Positions 23,241 to 37,394 are shown, counted from the stretch's first letter. The stretch is DNA of 64,000 bases from Curvularia clavata (GCA_023920165.1 CP089281.1:1240001-1304000), one strand, 5' to 3'. Notes: generated by a model from the letters alone, not told the origin. Numbers and translations: made by a program.

Positions 23241-25760
23241 TTAAGCATTCCTCTCCTTCTGCTCCTTCTCGTATTTGGCGACAAGCTCCTTCTGCAGCTG
23301 TGGTGGCGCAGGGCTGTAGTGGCTGAACTCCATGCTGAATTCACCCTTACCCTGTGTACTAGCACGTAGCTGACTGCTGAAACCGAACATGCTGTTCAGA
23401 CTGCAGTCAGCATACACCGTGAAGTCCTCGGGTCCGATTTCTGTATCGTTAATGACAGCGTTCCTCTTGTTCAGCAGTCCAACAACTGAACCCTGGAACT
23501 CATTTGGCGCGGTGATCGTAGTCTTCATCAGAGGCTCGAGGACCTGCGGGGCACCAGCCTGGAAAGCCTTGCGGAAAGCCTGTTGTGTAGCATTCTTGAA
23601 AGCCATTTCCGAGGAATCGACAGCGTGCGTTGCACCGTCATTGATGACCATGGAAGTACCCAAGACCTTGTGACCGAGAAGGGGTCCCTTCGCTGTCGAG
23701 GCAATGAATCCCTTTTCGCAAGCAAACAAGAACTTCTCGGAAATGGTTCCACCGGAGATCTGCTGCTCGAACTTGTTCTCAGTAAGAGACTCACTGGGCT
23801 CCAACCATCCAACCACACGCGCAAAGTCTCCGGATCCACCACTCTGCTTCTTCAAGGTGTGGTCGAAGTTGACGCGCTTGGTGATGGTTTCACGGTATGC
23901 GACCTGTGGCTGTCCAGTCTCGCATTCGACGCGGTACTCACGGCGCATACGCTCGACGTAAATGTCCAGATGTAGCTCGCCCATACCGGAAATGATGGTT
24001 TCTTGCGATTCAGGGTCGGTGTGGACTCGGAATGTAGGGTCCTCACGCGTGAAGCGGCTCATGGCCTTACTGAAGTTGGGTGTATCCTTGGTGTTCTTGG
24101 GCTTAATCGAGAGAGAGATGACGGGCTCAGGGACAAACATGGAGGTCTACTTTATCAGCTGGATGCATGCGAAAACGAACAAGACCACTCACCATGGTGT
24201 ATGCAAGGTTACCGTCAGTGAATGTGTCACCAGATGCACAGTCGACACCGAACACGGCGCAGATTTCACCGGCACCAATCTCCGGTACCTCCTCCATATC
24301 GTTGGAATGCATGCGCACAATCTTAGGAATCCTAACCTTCTTGTCTGACCTAGCGTTGAAAACGTTCATGCCCTTCTTCAGTGTACCCTGGTACACACGG
24401 ATATAGGTCAACTGCCCGAAGCTGCTCTCTTCCAACTTGAACGCCAGACCAACAAACGGCAAATCGTTGTAGGAGACCAGTTTAACCGGGGCTTCCGCAC
24501 GCTTCTTGTCCAACGCCATGTTCTCGACTTCGGAGGGGTTCGGTAGGTAATCGCATACCGCGTCAAGCATGGGTTGTACAGACTTGTCAGCGAGCGCGGA
24601 ACCCATCATGACGGGAGTGAACTTGAGAGAGATTGTCGCCCGTCGAATGGCAGCCTTGATCTGGGCAACGGTCGGCTCCTGCTCCTCCAGGAAAAGCTCC
24701 GCGATCTCATCGTCTACGTCTGCGAGCGTCTCGATAAGCTTCTGCCTCTTCTCCTTGCACAGTTCGACAATGTCCGCAGGGATTTCGTCCGATTCCCTGA
24801 TGATTTCTCCCTTGGATCCTTCGTTGTAGATAGCCTTCATCCTCACCAAATCTACCACTCCCTGGAAGCCGTCTTCGCGACCGATAGGCACCTGAATGGC
24901 TGCAGCTGCTATCCTGAGCTTCTGGTTGATCTGGTCTACGGCTTTCCATGGGTTGGCGCCCATTCGGTCCATTTTGTTGACGAAAGATATCCTAGGAATG
25001 TTGTACCGTCTCATTTGCCTGTCGACTGTGATGGTTTGACTTTGCACGCCACTGACAGCGCACAGAATCATGACAGCTCCGTCGAGGACTCGCAGCGCCC
25101 TTTCTACCTCGATAGTGAAGTCGATATGGCCCGGGGTATCGATCAAGTTGATGTGGTATTTCTCTTCCTTTCCTTCATCGTTCTTTTTGACCCAGTCGCA
25201 AAAGGTAGCCGCAGATTGAATAGTGATACCCTTCTCACGCTCGAGATCCATGGAGTCCATCTTAGCACCCACAGCATCCTTGCCACGAACTTCATGTATA
25301 GCGTTGATTCGGCCAGTGTAAAAAAGAACACGTTCGGTGGCGGTGGTTTTACCGGAGTCAATGTGCGCAGCGATACCAATGTTTCGTACTCTGGAGAGTC
25401 GCTCCCATTCGACGGGGTTCAGGTTCTCAACAATCTTCTCTTGTGTCAAAGTGGATGGGTCTTCTTTGGCCTGCTCTAGTCTGAACTGCACTGTCAGCGT
25501 TCTGCCATCTCCTCGCGACAAAAGTTCGAAATCTCTGTGGGCACATACACCTGGGCAGCCACTGAATTCCATCTTCGCTGCTGCTGCGTCCGCTGATTTT
25601 CTATCCATGTGTCGGTCTTCAGTCCATTGGTGTATGGTGTGCGTGATGCAGCAATGGTCGAAAGAGCGCATCGTGAAGAAGTCCTCTGAGCAGATCGAGC
25701 AGAACAGCGAAGGCTGCTTGCAGCGAGCGATTGGGCCCGAAGGAGAGACTGTACCCGCAT
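23241..25760 (-). CDS. MEF1: Mitochondrial translation elongation factor G1
   Basis: Presequence [10 protein letters not shown]..., [49 protein letters not shown]. Introns 25481-25548 and 24147-24192. Confidence 0.96.
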
Positions 25761-26361
25761 CTCGAACACCTCAAATGCAGAAGAAAAGGGTATACAACGA
25801 AGGGACGACGCTGCGGTCTGCTGTCGCTTCAGAATGCTGAATCGCCCACCAGGAAAAAGTTGGGCCGTCGGAGTTTCGGGCGGAGGTGCCAGTCACGTGC
25901 CGGCGTGTTTGACCCGCGCCAAGCGAAATGTGCATGCGGGGTGGCACGCGTTCCATCACGCGCCCGTTGCAGTCCACTTGGATTGTGTGGATACAATAAG
26001 AGGACCGACAACATGGGGCATAACGACTACGCTATTCTGCTCGCCATCTCTCATCCAACACAAAGAACATCTTAGGCGGTAAATGTCAAACAATGTCGAA
26101 GTTGGTGACCAACCGCATGCGGACGGCGCCTTTGTTGTCCGCATCGAGCAATCTTTGTTCATGGCTATGACAAAGACTTATTTACACTACCTGCTGCCCA
26201 GATATCAGGCTGGCTCTGGGTCAGACTTTTGTGTTCCCGTTTCAACTCTCTCTGCAGTTCGGACAAGGTAAAGGAATCCTTAGTTTGTTCGCTTTGATAT
26301 CGTGGAGGTAATAACCGCTAACATGCGCAAGAACACACTCTTTCAGGCTAAGTGCGCAACG

Positions 26362-28028
26362 ATGGACACTCATGTTGATCGCTCGGTGGACAATGATTCA
26401 GACCTCAGCAGCCTCTCCAGCTCTACACACACCAGTCCAATGAGCAAGGAGGACTCATCGCTGCGGGAGGTCACCGACGCTCGTCTAGTCCAAGCGCTCA
26501 ACTACATGAATGATGAAGGAGGCGATGACTCTCCTGCCACTTACATCAAGCGTGTAAAAAGAATCGATAACGACCTTGTTCAGCGGCTGTTTTTCGAAAA
26601 GGGTGGTGATTACGATAAAATACTCCACCAGCAGTTGCAAGCTGTGGTTCGTAAGGAAATGGGTGTCTTTAGTCAGGCGGTATACAATGACCCACCAGAG
26701 AGCGATGATTCCGTATCTGAAACCGAAGATGAAGTGTCGCCAGCATCCGTTACACCTGCCTTATACCGAAGAGACGAAGAACTCGATGGTCCTGTCTCAT
26801 CTTTGCCGACAAAGGGTAAAATAGACTACCAAAACCTCACTTTGGCCGATATTAAAGCGCGATTGCAACTCCCAACGCTGCCCGAAGAGGTTGAAAAAGA
26901 GATCAAACAATGGTGCACGGCTGAGCAAATTGAAAAGGTCGTAGAAGAGTTCAAGAGGTCTGATGAAGGAGAGAAGCTCAGCAAGAACCATACCCTCGGA
27001 GCATTTTTGGATAAATTGATGCTTGAAAAGCAAGGTAAACAGTGCAACTTTCTATCTTCTTGTGCTACATTAACGTGTGTATAGGCGATCTCACAGACAT
27101 CCGTCATGCTGTGAATGCTTCACCAACCAAAAGCCGGGCTTCTTCGGTCCGAAGTAGTTCTCACTATGCAAAAAGCACGATACATGCTGCGCGGGAACAG
27201 GCACTCAAAGCGGCACTAGACACCAGCACGGGAGGTAAACCAAGCGTAAGAAAATCACTATCCAACGCCACTGCACCCTCGCCTGTTGCCAGAAAGATCA
27301 ATCGATCGCGTGCTATATCTCTCAAGAACAGCCCGAGGCGCCAGAGTGGAGTTAGCACTGTACTACCAAGCGCTGAGACAACTCCAACTGAGGCTGCAGT
27401 TTTGCAGCAGGGACTTGACGGCAATCGCGCATCCAATACATCGGTTGATGTCGACTCTCCCAGGCCCAGCAGCAGTAAGAAGACTAAGCGCAAACGAAGT
27501 ATTGGTGAACAGCCCTATACTCCAGAGAAAAAACACAAAAAGTCTGCAGCACCTTCATCACTCAAAAAACCGGGCGGCGCTCCAATTCAGACTCCAGGGA
27601 GGTCTGTTCGATTCATGTCTGAAGACTCGGACGATATGTCATCAGACAGCTCCATTGCAATCAGAGGAAGTAAACCCAAAAAGGTGGGAAGCAAACGTAC
27701 TCCCAAGTCTGCGGCCAAAGCATCATCGAAGCCCAAAACCAAGCTCGCAGGGATCTCTGCGAATGGTAAAAGCAAAGCGAGCCCTTCCAAACGTACTGCA
27801 ACTAACAGGTCGTCTCTTCTGCCCGTTAGAGACACGCCGGCAAAGCCTGCTAAAAAGTCCAGCCTTATACCAACGAAGCTTATAAAGATTACGGAAAAAG
27901 ATAGTAAAGCCACTGCAGCAGGCAAGGCAGTGCGTAATAGCTTTGTGAAGAAGCCAGTGGAGAAAGGTGGTGCTGAGGAGGCAGCTGAGACACGCAGTAC
28001 GAGGAGTGGAGCAAGATCCCGCAAGTGA
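26362..28028 (+). CDS. Uncharacterised protein: acidic helical N-half, Lys/Ser/Arg-rich disordered C-half
   Basis: Two long ORFs joined in frame by intron 27035-27084; NLS-like KKTKRKRS and PEKKHKK. Start codon uncertain. Confidence 0.75.
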
Positions 28029-29396
28029 TGGAACAAATGAGTTTGTCTGCTGCACTAGCGACTGTGTTTCCCGAGGTTTGTTTGGATATCACGGAACAAG
28101 TATATTCTTGGTTGTCGTCGTGTGTGTTGGGTTTGTTCTGCGGGTGTACCTTGGTCAATTCCAAGTTCATGAGGGATAGGCTGAGTGTAAGGGTGGTTTT
28201 TGTCTTGGTTTGTCCAGTCTTCCAGTAGAAGAGGCAGACACTAGGTGTTGTGCTTCACACACGTAGTAAAGAATCATTATCCCATGCAGGCAACAGCTCT
28301 GAGCTGTCCCACTGCCGTCCGCGGTTGTTGATTAGGCTCCGAATAAGTGTTTGGCGCATGATGCATCCGCGCTGCATGGCTTTCTTTCCCACTTCTTGTC
28401 ATTGGTCCGCTCTTAACTACCGTTTCCCCAGCGGCTCCATCTATATGTTGCGGAACTGGGACGACCTCTTCCCCTCAAGCCGCATACCACCTTGCAGATT
28501 AGCGAGCCTCCTAGCCATACTTGGCGCCCGGGTTTGCTTGCAGGACAAAATCGATTTGTTTGAACGCCATAGTACGATGGATTGAGTTTGTGACGGGCAC
28601 TCACCAGCATGTGACCTGTGCCATTCTATCTATCATCTTCGCATTTGCACTATCTTGATGACGTAAGTATTCCGCTCGGGTTGTGACTCCCCTTTGTAAA
28701 GCCTGGACTTGTTGTCGAGTGTTTTTGCAGCTGCTCCTTCTTTCGCCTCGACCCTCGCTTGTTAGAACGTCTGTTTTCTATCGGCCCGAAATCTTCCTCT
28801 CAATTGCTCTACTATTTGTTTTTTCTAGACAACCACTGCAGATCGGATTCTCGCGTCTGACAAACTAGCGTCAGGTCAGGACCGTAATTGCAAGGTCACC
28901 GCATCCACGCTCACCGCAACAGTCACTTGCGCATAACTGCAGCTGCCACGTTTCGTCTGCTCAGACATTTCGGGCCAAGGTTTGTTTGTTTTACTGCTTT
29001 CGGCAAGCGAACAACTCCCCACCGCCCTGGCTCCCAGTCCAGCAGACTGTTTGTTATTGTCCTAGAAGTAAGGGCCCAAAGTCGGTAAAGCATCCTCAGG
29101 TGAAGGACGCGTCGCTTCTCTCTCTCACTCGACTGTGCTTTGCTCGTTTACCCATTCTTTCGGTTTGACGGCTTATTGTGCTATCCACTTTCACCATCTT
29201 TCTTTCTCCGCGCGCATTAGAGTGACAGCAAGTGCCTCTGCAAACCAAAATGAACGCCTATTCCTAAAAATACTGTTGGTGTATTCCAGCGGCATCCACG
29301 AAGAAACCCTGCACATCCTCAGAGCCAACACCTTGCAACCATACGGCGATCACAACTACACTCGCCTTCACTCGAAATTTTCTGCGTGGCTATACT

Positions 29397-32300
29397 ATGG
29401 ATCGTGGCCGTGGTGGCGGCCGGCGAGGCGCTCGTGGTGGTGCTCGTGGTGGCCGTCATGGAAATGGTATTAGCGATCGAGCGTCTTCTCACAGTTCCGG
29501 GAGCTCTCATAGCCGGCCCAGGGCCAATCGAGCAAACGGCCATACCCAAGTCACTACTCAATCCAACAGGAGTGACCTTCTCTCGGACGACTCGGACAGT
29601 CAGCGCAGTGTGCACAGATCGATTTTATCAGGCCCGGCATCGCATTGGGCATATTGCCAGGAGAGCAAATTCAAACTCTTGGGTATACCTAAGAACTGCT
29701 GGACATCAAATGTCTACCAGGTAATGTCGGCTTATGGTAATGTCTTCAGGATTGAGATGGAGCCACTTGGTCGCGAATCTAACGCATATGTGGTTTTCCG
29801 GTAAGTATTGAATCAAAAAGTCAAAGAAAAGAAGCCTAACATTACAATCCCAGGCCTCCTCCCCACAAGCCTATTCCAAAGGAAAACTTGCGATTTCGCT
29901 CTGGTTTCGTACGGTGCGAAGCGTTTTCGCCGCTCTCGGCCATTATCAAAAGTCCTGTCAACCCCACCAAGCAATACTACGATCTCAACATACTCTACGC
30001 GAAGCAAATCCAGTTTGGTGTCAGAATCTCAGAACGGAGCATGATTGAGATGCGCAACATTGAGACGTCCGCAGACATCCAGGTGATATTGAACTTGAAG
30101 CGCAGAGAGATCGACGTGCAATTTCCTTTGCAAATTGACACAGACACTCGTAATTTTCGCTTCAGTTTACCCATCTCTCTAATATCACATATCTACAGGA
30201 CTACAGACCAGAGAACTGGTCTACCTTCCCTTGTTATCCCATTCGATTCACCACCGCGCTTCTACACACAGAAGAAAGAAGGTGAACGCTTGGAAGATGG
30301 CAGCAAGCACACCAGCTTCTCAAGGAAAGACAAAATCTGGAATGATTGGGAGACTTGGCACCGAGCGACTGATATAGTCAATGGGGCAGTGTGGCAGGCT
30401 GTTCGAGAAAGTCCCTTGATGAATCATAAGGGCACAGCTATCATTGACATTGGTAAATACATTGGGTAACTGTAGCGGACCAATGCTGACTTAACAGGCC
30501 GTTGGACCAACTATCGACTGGTATTCGACCATTCGGTGTTGACTGGGTCACAATTCAAAGACTTCAGCGATGCTCTGGCCGATCATGGGGCCGTGATTGA
30601 GACTCTTGAGTATACTACTAAGCCAAAGATCTCATCGCCATTATGGAGCCTGCTGCAGGAAGAAATTTCCGGTACGCATCCACATCTCGATGTCACTTTC
30701 ATGGCTTTCAAAGACCTCTTCGACAACCAGGCCCACTTGAGTTTCCCAGTGCGATACCAGCTTGAAGTCTGCCTTTCGAACGGATACATTAAAGAGTATA
30801 CCATTACAAAAGAGTTTCTGAAAAAGCTAGAATCACTCGACATAGATACGGCTGTGTACATACTCGAAAAGGTCGCTGACAAACAGCACACCTATTACGA
30901 TCCAATGGATATATTCGACATTCCAACAAGAATGTCGAAAAGAAAGATACCCAGCTACTGCGCACTCCAACGATCAGTCACAATCACTCCGACTATGATG
31001 CATGTAGCAACCCCCGTGATGGAAACGTCTAACCGCATCATCCGTAAGTACGAGGCTGATGCTGATCGATTCATCCGAGTGAAATTCATGGATGAGAAAA
31101 CTGAAGGTCAGCTTCGCACATTGAACGGCAGGACTGAGGCTTTGTTTGATAGAGTGCAACGCGCGATGAAGAATGGTATCGTCGTTGCTGGACGATACTA
31201 CGAATTCCTAGCCTTTGGGAACTCACAGTTTCGTGAGCATGGCGCTTACTTCTATGCGCCCACAACCTCAAAGTCAGCAGAGGATATTCGGATATCTCTC
31301 GGGCAGTTCAATCACATCAAGACTGTCTCCAAGTATGCAGCGCGTCTTGGCCAATGCTTTTCGACAACACGCGCCATGGGTGTCACTGTGAAGCTTATCA
31401 AGATTCCCGACGTTGAGCATAACGGCTACGTCTTCACGGACGGTGTTGGAAAGCTCTCTCTCTTCTTGGCTCAAATGGCAGCTCAGGAACTCGGCCTAGC
31501 TTTCAACGACCCGCCATCGCTCTTTCAGTTCCGTCTTGGTGGTAGCAAAGGAGTGCTTGCGCTTGATCCAAACTTGAGTGGAAGCGAAGTTCATATTCGA
31601 CCGAGCCAATACAAATTTCAAGCCCCTCACACAGGTCTTGAAATCATCCGTTCCTCGTCCTTTGCAACGCCATTCTTGAACCGACAAATAATTCTCGTTC
31701 TTTCACACCTTGGCGTCCACGACATGGTCTTCCTGAACAAGCAGAGGGCGATGATGATTGATTACGCCCGAGCCATGGAGGAGGACGATATCGCCTTGCA
31801 GAAGCTTAGAACGAATATCGATATTAACCAGATCAGCCTGGTAATGGCTGGGATGGTTCTAGACGGCTTCATGCGATATCGAGAGCCGTTTATCATGTCT
31901 TTACTCGCACTTTGGAGAGCTTGCACGATCAAAAACTTGAAGGAGAAGGCGAGAATCGCGATTGACAATGGGGCCTTCTTGCTTGGCTGCGTCGACGAGA
32001 CTTCGACGCTCAAAGGGCACATGAACGATCCTCAATCCAGACGTGATGCAACTAGAGAAGAAAAACTTGCGACCCTCCCAGAGATCTTTTTACAGGTCAG
32101 CGATATCAACAGAAGAGGCCACTACAACATTGTACAAGGCGTGTGCATACTGGCACGTAACCCGTCGTTGCATCCTGGGGATATCCGTGTGGTTCGCGCG
32201 GTGAATGTGCCAGCACTTCACCACCTAAAGAACGTCGTAGTCTTCCCCCAGACCGGAGAGCGTGATCTCGCTAACATGTGCTCTGGTGGCGATCTTGACG

Positions 32301-33616
32301 GCGATGACTACATGGTCCTATGGGACAAGGACCTGATACCCGATATCATTAATGCTCCCCCGATGGACTACACGCCAGAAAAGCCACTCGAAACTGAAAA
32401 GCCGATCACAGCTAAAGAAATAAGCCAGTTCTTCGTCAACTACATGAAGAACGACGCTCTAGGTCCGATTGCTCACTCTCACCTTGCACAAGCTGACTTC
32501 AGAGACAATGGCGTTGGTGATCCAGTCTGTTTGGAGCTAGCAGAGCTCCACTCGAGGGCAGTCGATTTTCCGAAGAGCGGGATACCTGCTGAGATGAGGC
32601 GGGAGCTTAGGCCAAAACGATGGCCACACTTCATGGAGAAGAAGTACTTGGCTCCACACCAGATTTATCACTCCAAAAACATTCTCGGTCGTCTGTACGA
32701 CGAAGTGCAGCTGGTAGATTTCAGGCCCCAGTGGGATAATCCTTTCGACGAGCGCATATTAAATGCGTTCGACCTCGAGCAAGATGTACTGGACAAGGCA
32801 GCAAATCTCAAGCTCTCGTACGACGAAGCGCTCCGGCGATTGATGGCTAAGCACGGTATCCAGACGGAGTTTGAGGCCTGGTCGGTTTTCGTACTAGTGC
32901 ACAATCGCGAGAGCGGTGACTACAAATTCGCAGAGGAGTTTGGCAAAACGGTTGGAGCATTGAAGCACCAGTACCGCGACGAGTGTCGTAAGGCTGCGGG
33001 CATGAACGACAATGCTGACTGGGCACGCCTGGGGCCATTTGTCGCTGCCATGTACACAGTCACTGCGCATGAGATGGAGAGCGCCTTAGACGAATGCAGC
33101 AAAGTGAAGATTGTAGGAGGCCGTGAGGAACCTTGTCGCATCAAGGACCCTAAGCATATGCCGCTGATCTCATTTCCATGGCTTTTTCCGAGTGAGCTCG
33201 GCAAGATCGTTACCGGGGATAGTACAAGTCACCGACCGAATGGGGTTCAGAGCCAGCATCGCCAGAGGAAGTACGTCCGACCAGCTCAAGCAAAAACCAA
33301 CATTGGAGCCGTGGAGACTGAAACAGGCACTACACTATATGGCGAATTGCTGGATTTGGACTTCAGTCTTCCGGCACTTCAAATGAGTGACCAGACCTCA
33401 GCAACTGAGGTAACAAGAGAGCGACCCGGTACCGCTGATGACGGACTTAGTGCACAGAGTCGAATTGGAGAAGCTTCTAGGCTACTATCTTTACTGCTGC
33501 CTAGGTTCTCACCACCCTCTGCCGGTTCTGGCAGTGGGAGCAATGGATCAGCAGAAGACAGTGTCAATGGAAGTCTGGAGCAGCTAGGTAATGGTCATGG
33601 AGACAATAGGTTTTAA
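29397..33616 (+). CDS. Cellular RNA-dependent RNA polymerase, SAD-1/Rdp1-like (DLDGD type)
   Basis: FLAFGNSQFRE, ARLGQCFSTT, FTDGVG, QFRLGGSKG, RNPSLHPGD, catalytic CSGGDLDGDDY, AVDFPKSG. Introns 29801-29853 and 30453-30497. Confidence 0.95.
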
Positions 33617-34130
33617 GAGACCAAAAGGCTACGAAATTGACTTTCGGGTCAAGAAGAAGGAAGCATACGCCTCATGGCCCATGACATTGTTTTAGTCTAT
33701 ATGTTTATGTTCATACCAGGCAAAGCAGGCAGTGGGTCATCACTGTAAGCCATGAGCTTCGCTTCTCTACATCCTCCGACGGCGATTTTAGCCGGGATGT
33801 TAAATCCTTATCATGCCAGTCGCTGTCTCAGTCTGGACACGTACAGAGTAGTATGTTCAGCGTCAGTTCCGTATAGGATTTGTGGATGAATTGGTGGATG
33901 CGGACTACATGGGATCTTTCGCGTGAGCTCAATGCACTGTATATAAAACCTCAAAAAGGCAAATGAAATACGAAAACAAAATATTAAAACCGGATTTAAA
34001 AGCAATGACTTGAATGATCTTCCGAAAGCTATACACCCGTGACGATGACGTGAGTGGGACTAGTGGTATCGATAAGGAGCAGACGAACTCGGTGCGCATT
34101 TGATAATTTCATACCAGCGCTCGCGTCACA

Positions 34131-35228
34131 ATGCCTCCGTCCAGCCGCATACCACCTCTTCTGCAACCATACATCCAACTCCCTCGCGAGGACTCGCTCC
34201 TTCTGCTCACGAGTACCCTGGGCGCCAGTGTGAACTGGCTGCTTTTACGTTTTCTATGCGATGCGCTGAGCACAGCTACAACACAAGATGGTGGGGAAGA
34301 GGGGCACAATGTCGTGTTGGTTTCCTGGATGAGACAATATGAGTTTTGGAAGCAAGAATCTAGAAAAGGAGCTGGTCTAGACTTGGATAGGTTGAGAAAA
34401 GAGGGAAAATTCGCGTTTGTTGATGGACTGGGAACTGGCGCAGATGCAACAGTTGGTAGCACATCCGGGATAGATGCGCGGACCAATGGACAGGCAAGGC
34501 CACAGGTCGCGGCACCAGCAGGACTTCAGATGCAGAGAGGGCCGCAGACATTGCCAGTGCGAGGACCGCCAGGGAGAGTGGTACCTGCAAGAGGGCCACC
34601 TGTGTCAGCGACGGCGGCAACACCTACACCGTCACCAGCGACGCATGCTACTACACCAGAAACGACAAGCTCGGATAGCAGTATCCCTGGTCACTACACT
34701 CTGAAGACACTCGAATTGCCAGACATCAAGGTGGTCATTTCTAGTGCTATTTCTGCGCTATCTCCCTCTGCTCCTCAGCGAAAGACGCTCCTCATTTTCG
34801 ATAATCCCGACCTTCTCCTCGCCCTCAACCCGTCCATCATACCCTCAGACTTTACTTCTCTTGCTCTGACTCTCCACACAATACCAACCGTATCCCACAT
34901 TCTCAACCACATACAGTCTGATAACCCACTTCTTAATCTTTCTATACCACCTCAACCACTCGAGCTGGCGCATCATAACCTGCTAGTCAAATGTGCCCAC
35001 ATGAGCAGGAGAGTATTGGGTGTGAGGATACTTGACACTGGAGTTGCAAGGGACGTAAGCGGTGTCATACGGATCACTGAACAAAAGCATGAGTGGTTAG
35101 ATCTGGAGCTCAGCGAAAACGAACCCAAGGAAGGTGATGATACCGGTCGAGGGAAAGAATTTCTATATCAGGTCAAGGGCGATGGAAGCGTGAGGGTCTT
35201 TGAACGAGGTGCTGGTGGAGAGGGTTGA
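34131..35228 (+). CDS. ELP6: Elongator complex subunit 6
   Basis: IPPLLQPYI..P..SLLLLTSTLGASVNWLLLRFL, VVLVSW, FVDGL, LDTGVARDVSGVIRI, LYQVKGDGSVRVFERG. Confidence 0.85.
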   Translation: MPPSSRIPPLLQPYIQLPREDSLLLLTSTLGASVNWLLLRFLCDALSTATTQDGGEEGHNVVLVSWMRQYEFWKQESRKGAGLDLDRLRKEGKFAFVDGLGTGADATVGSTSGIDARTNGQARPQVAAPAGLQMQRGPQTLPVRGPPGRVVPARGPPVSATAATPTPSPATHATTPETTSSDSSIPGHYTLKTLELPDIKVVISSAISALSPSAPQRKTLLIFDNPDLLLALNPSIIPSDFTSLALTLHTIPTVSHILNHIQSDNPLLNLSIPPQPLELAHHNLLVKCAHMSRRVLGVRILDTGVARDVSGVIRITEQKHEWLDLELSENEPKEGDDTGRGKEFLYQVKGDGSVRVFERGAGGEG

Positions 35229-36369
35229 GTGCCTAGAAAATCCCAGGGAATTTCAGTTCGAACCACACCAAAAATGAGTCATTCCTCCGTGAACACCGCA
35301 TAATTTGGAAATAAATTTCGATCATCATATTGAAATAGACCCGGTGCAGAGGTTCGGGAGCGAAATGTGGTTTTCATGAGTGGTTGCCTTCGTACTACAC
35401 GACCAAGTCACAGGATCCATGACTACCTCCCGGCCATGCACCCATGCGGCGCGCAGCGGATGCACAAGCGACCCGCTGACGCTACCCGCAGCCCTGATGC
35501 ATACAAGGTCCCCCATATGACATGACATGTCCATATTTCATCCCACGCATGATGGACGTCTGTCAACCAGCCTGGTACGTGGCCATCGTGTATCTCGCTT
35601 GCATACAAACGCACATGACACAGGTGTGTGTTCCAAAAAGCAGTCCTCACCACAGAAGAGACAAAGATCTACCCGCTGTGCCACTCGAAATCTGTAGGTG
35701 TATGTCCATCGTCACTATCACGCCAAGCGCCTTTCCAACAACGCGGTCCTGGATGCCTAGCTTGCATCCCCCACCCCAGAAGGATCACTGCAACCGCACC
35801 CCACGCAGCTACGTGATCCTTTGACGTGGGAACCAGAATCCAACACGAATGTATGTTGGTTTTGTTGTTCGAATCAGATAATCCCTGGGTCTCTTGTGCG
35901 CATGCTTCTGACCTCATCGGTTATGCCTTTGATTGGGGGCCGTCTCACACACAACCATCATGCGGCGCCCGTTCGACAGACGTCGCACGTAGAGTCCCGA
36001 GACCTGTGTACGCCACATCCGCCACGTCGGAGATGGAAGATACTGTTAAAAAGCAAGGATAAGGCGCTGACGATGGTCATGGCATAAGCGCCTGTGTTGT
36101 AACAGTGGAGAAGGAAAGAGAGAGAGAATGAGGCGGTGTTGGTAGGCATCCCGCGGGAGCCTTAAAGGTGCTTGTGGAGGACTTATCTGGTCAAGGCAAC
36201 CACTGTTTTCTTTTCTCCGAAGCTGTATACAGATTCCCAAAACCTCTGTTCACATTTTACTAATAAGTAATGCCCTGTCTGAGCATTTCATAGTAGTCAA
36301 CGAGTACAACAGAAAGGATTCTTCTTTCCCACCTCTCCCCCAGCACTATTTGAACCAAATCCCTCCAAA

Positions 36370-37394
36370 ATGCCCCCTCACATCCTCTCCCTCCCCACCG
36401 AAATCCTCGGTCAAATCCTCTCTCTCCTCCCCGTCTGCTCGCTCCTCCGATTCTCATGCACCAGCCGCTACTCGTACGCCATGGCAACCGCCAACCTGCG
36501 TACCCTCTCCCTAGGCATCGCCCCCTACCATCCCCACCTCCCCAGCAAATCTCTCCCACACACATATCCCTACGAGTCCTGGCTCCGGATTCCCAACATG
36601 CAAGATTATACCTACAACACCCTCTTCAACTTCCAATCCGCACTTGTCTCGAGTCTACTTGTCAGGTACGCCGCAATGCTCCAACACATCGACCTCTCCG
36701 TCTGGAGCCTAAGCGTGCCAATGGCAAATGCCCTGCGTTCGCTCCACGCACTCAAAACGCTAGCTCTGCGGTTTGATAGCGGAAGCCATGGCCGCTCGGC
36801 ACACAGATGCCATATCGCTGCCGAGCGCGCTGAGCAGCGCAAGGCTTGGGAAGTATTGGCGCAAAATCCGCCTGTGTGGAGTCGCCGACTATGTGCGCTG
36901 AAGCTCGAGAATGCGGATTTGAGTACGGAGCAGCTGGGCGTGTTATTGGCGGAGAGTGGCGAGTGTAGGGAGGTGGTGCTGGAGCGGTGTTCCGGCGTAG
37001 GGAGCGAGTTTTGGCCTTTTTTGCAAAGTTGGCGGGGGCGTGAGAGGTTGAGGGTTCTGGAGCTAAGTGATTGTGGCGGATTGCTTGGGGAGGAGACAGT
37101 GACGACGATCCGGAGTTTAAAAGGACTTGAGGTACGTTCTTTGATTTCGTATAGCGTTTGATGCCGTGTTGGGACTGCGGCGTTCGCTTTTAAATTTGGG
37201 ACGAGGTGGTTGGATTTTGCTGACGTTTTTGATCGAAACAGCGACTCAATCTTTATGACTGTCAGGAGATTGCGGCTGGGTTACTGCAAAGGTGGAATGA
37301 GGATGTGTGGCGAATAGCTGATTTCGTGCCGCCAAGGTCGAGGGCGCAGGGCGAGGATATGGTGATTGAGGTTGACCCGGCATACATGTCGTAG
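36370..37394 (+). CDS. F-box protein with LRR-like C-terminus
   Basis: ILSLPTEILGQILSLLPVCSLLRFSCTSR F-box; LRVLELSDC. Intron 37132-37241 adds a last exon ending VIEVDPAYMS. Confidence 0.85.

Noticed and set aside
24574..25479. 301-aa ORF antisense to MEF1, and similar shadow ORFs over DPS1, SSZ1, RPS4 and palI
   Set aside because: Expected by-product of codon bias in highly expressed genes; no recognisable motifs.
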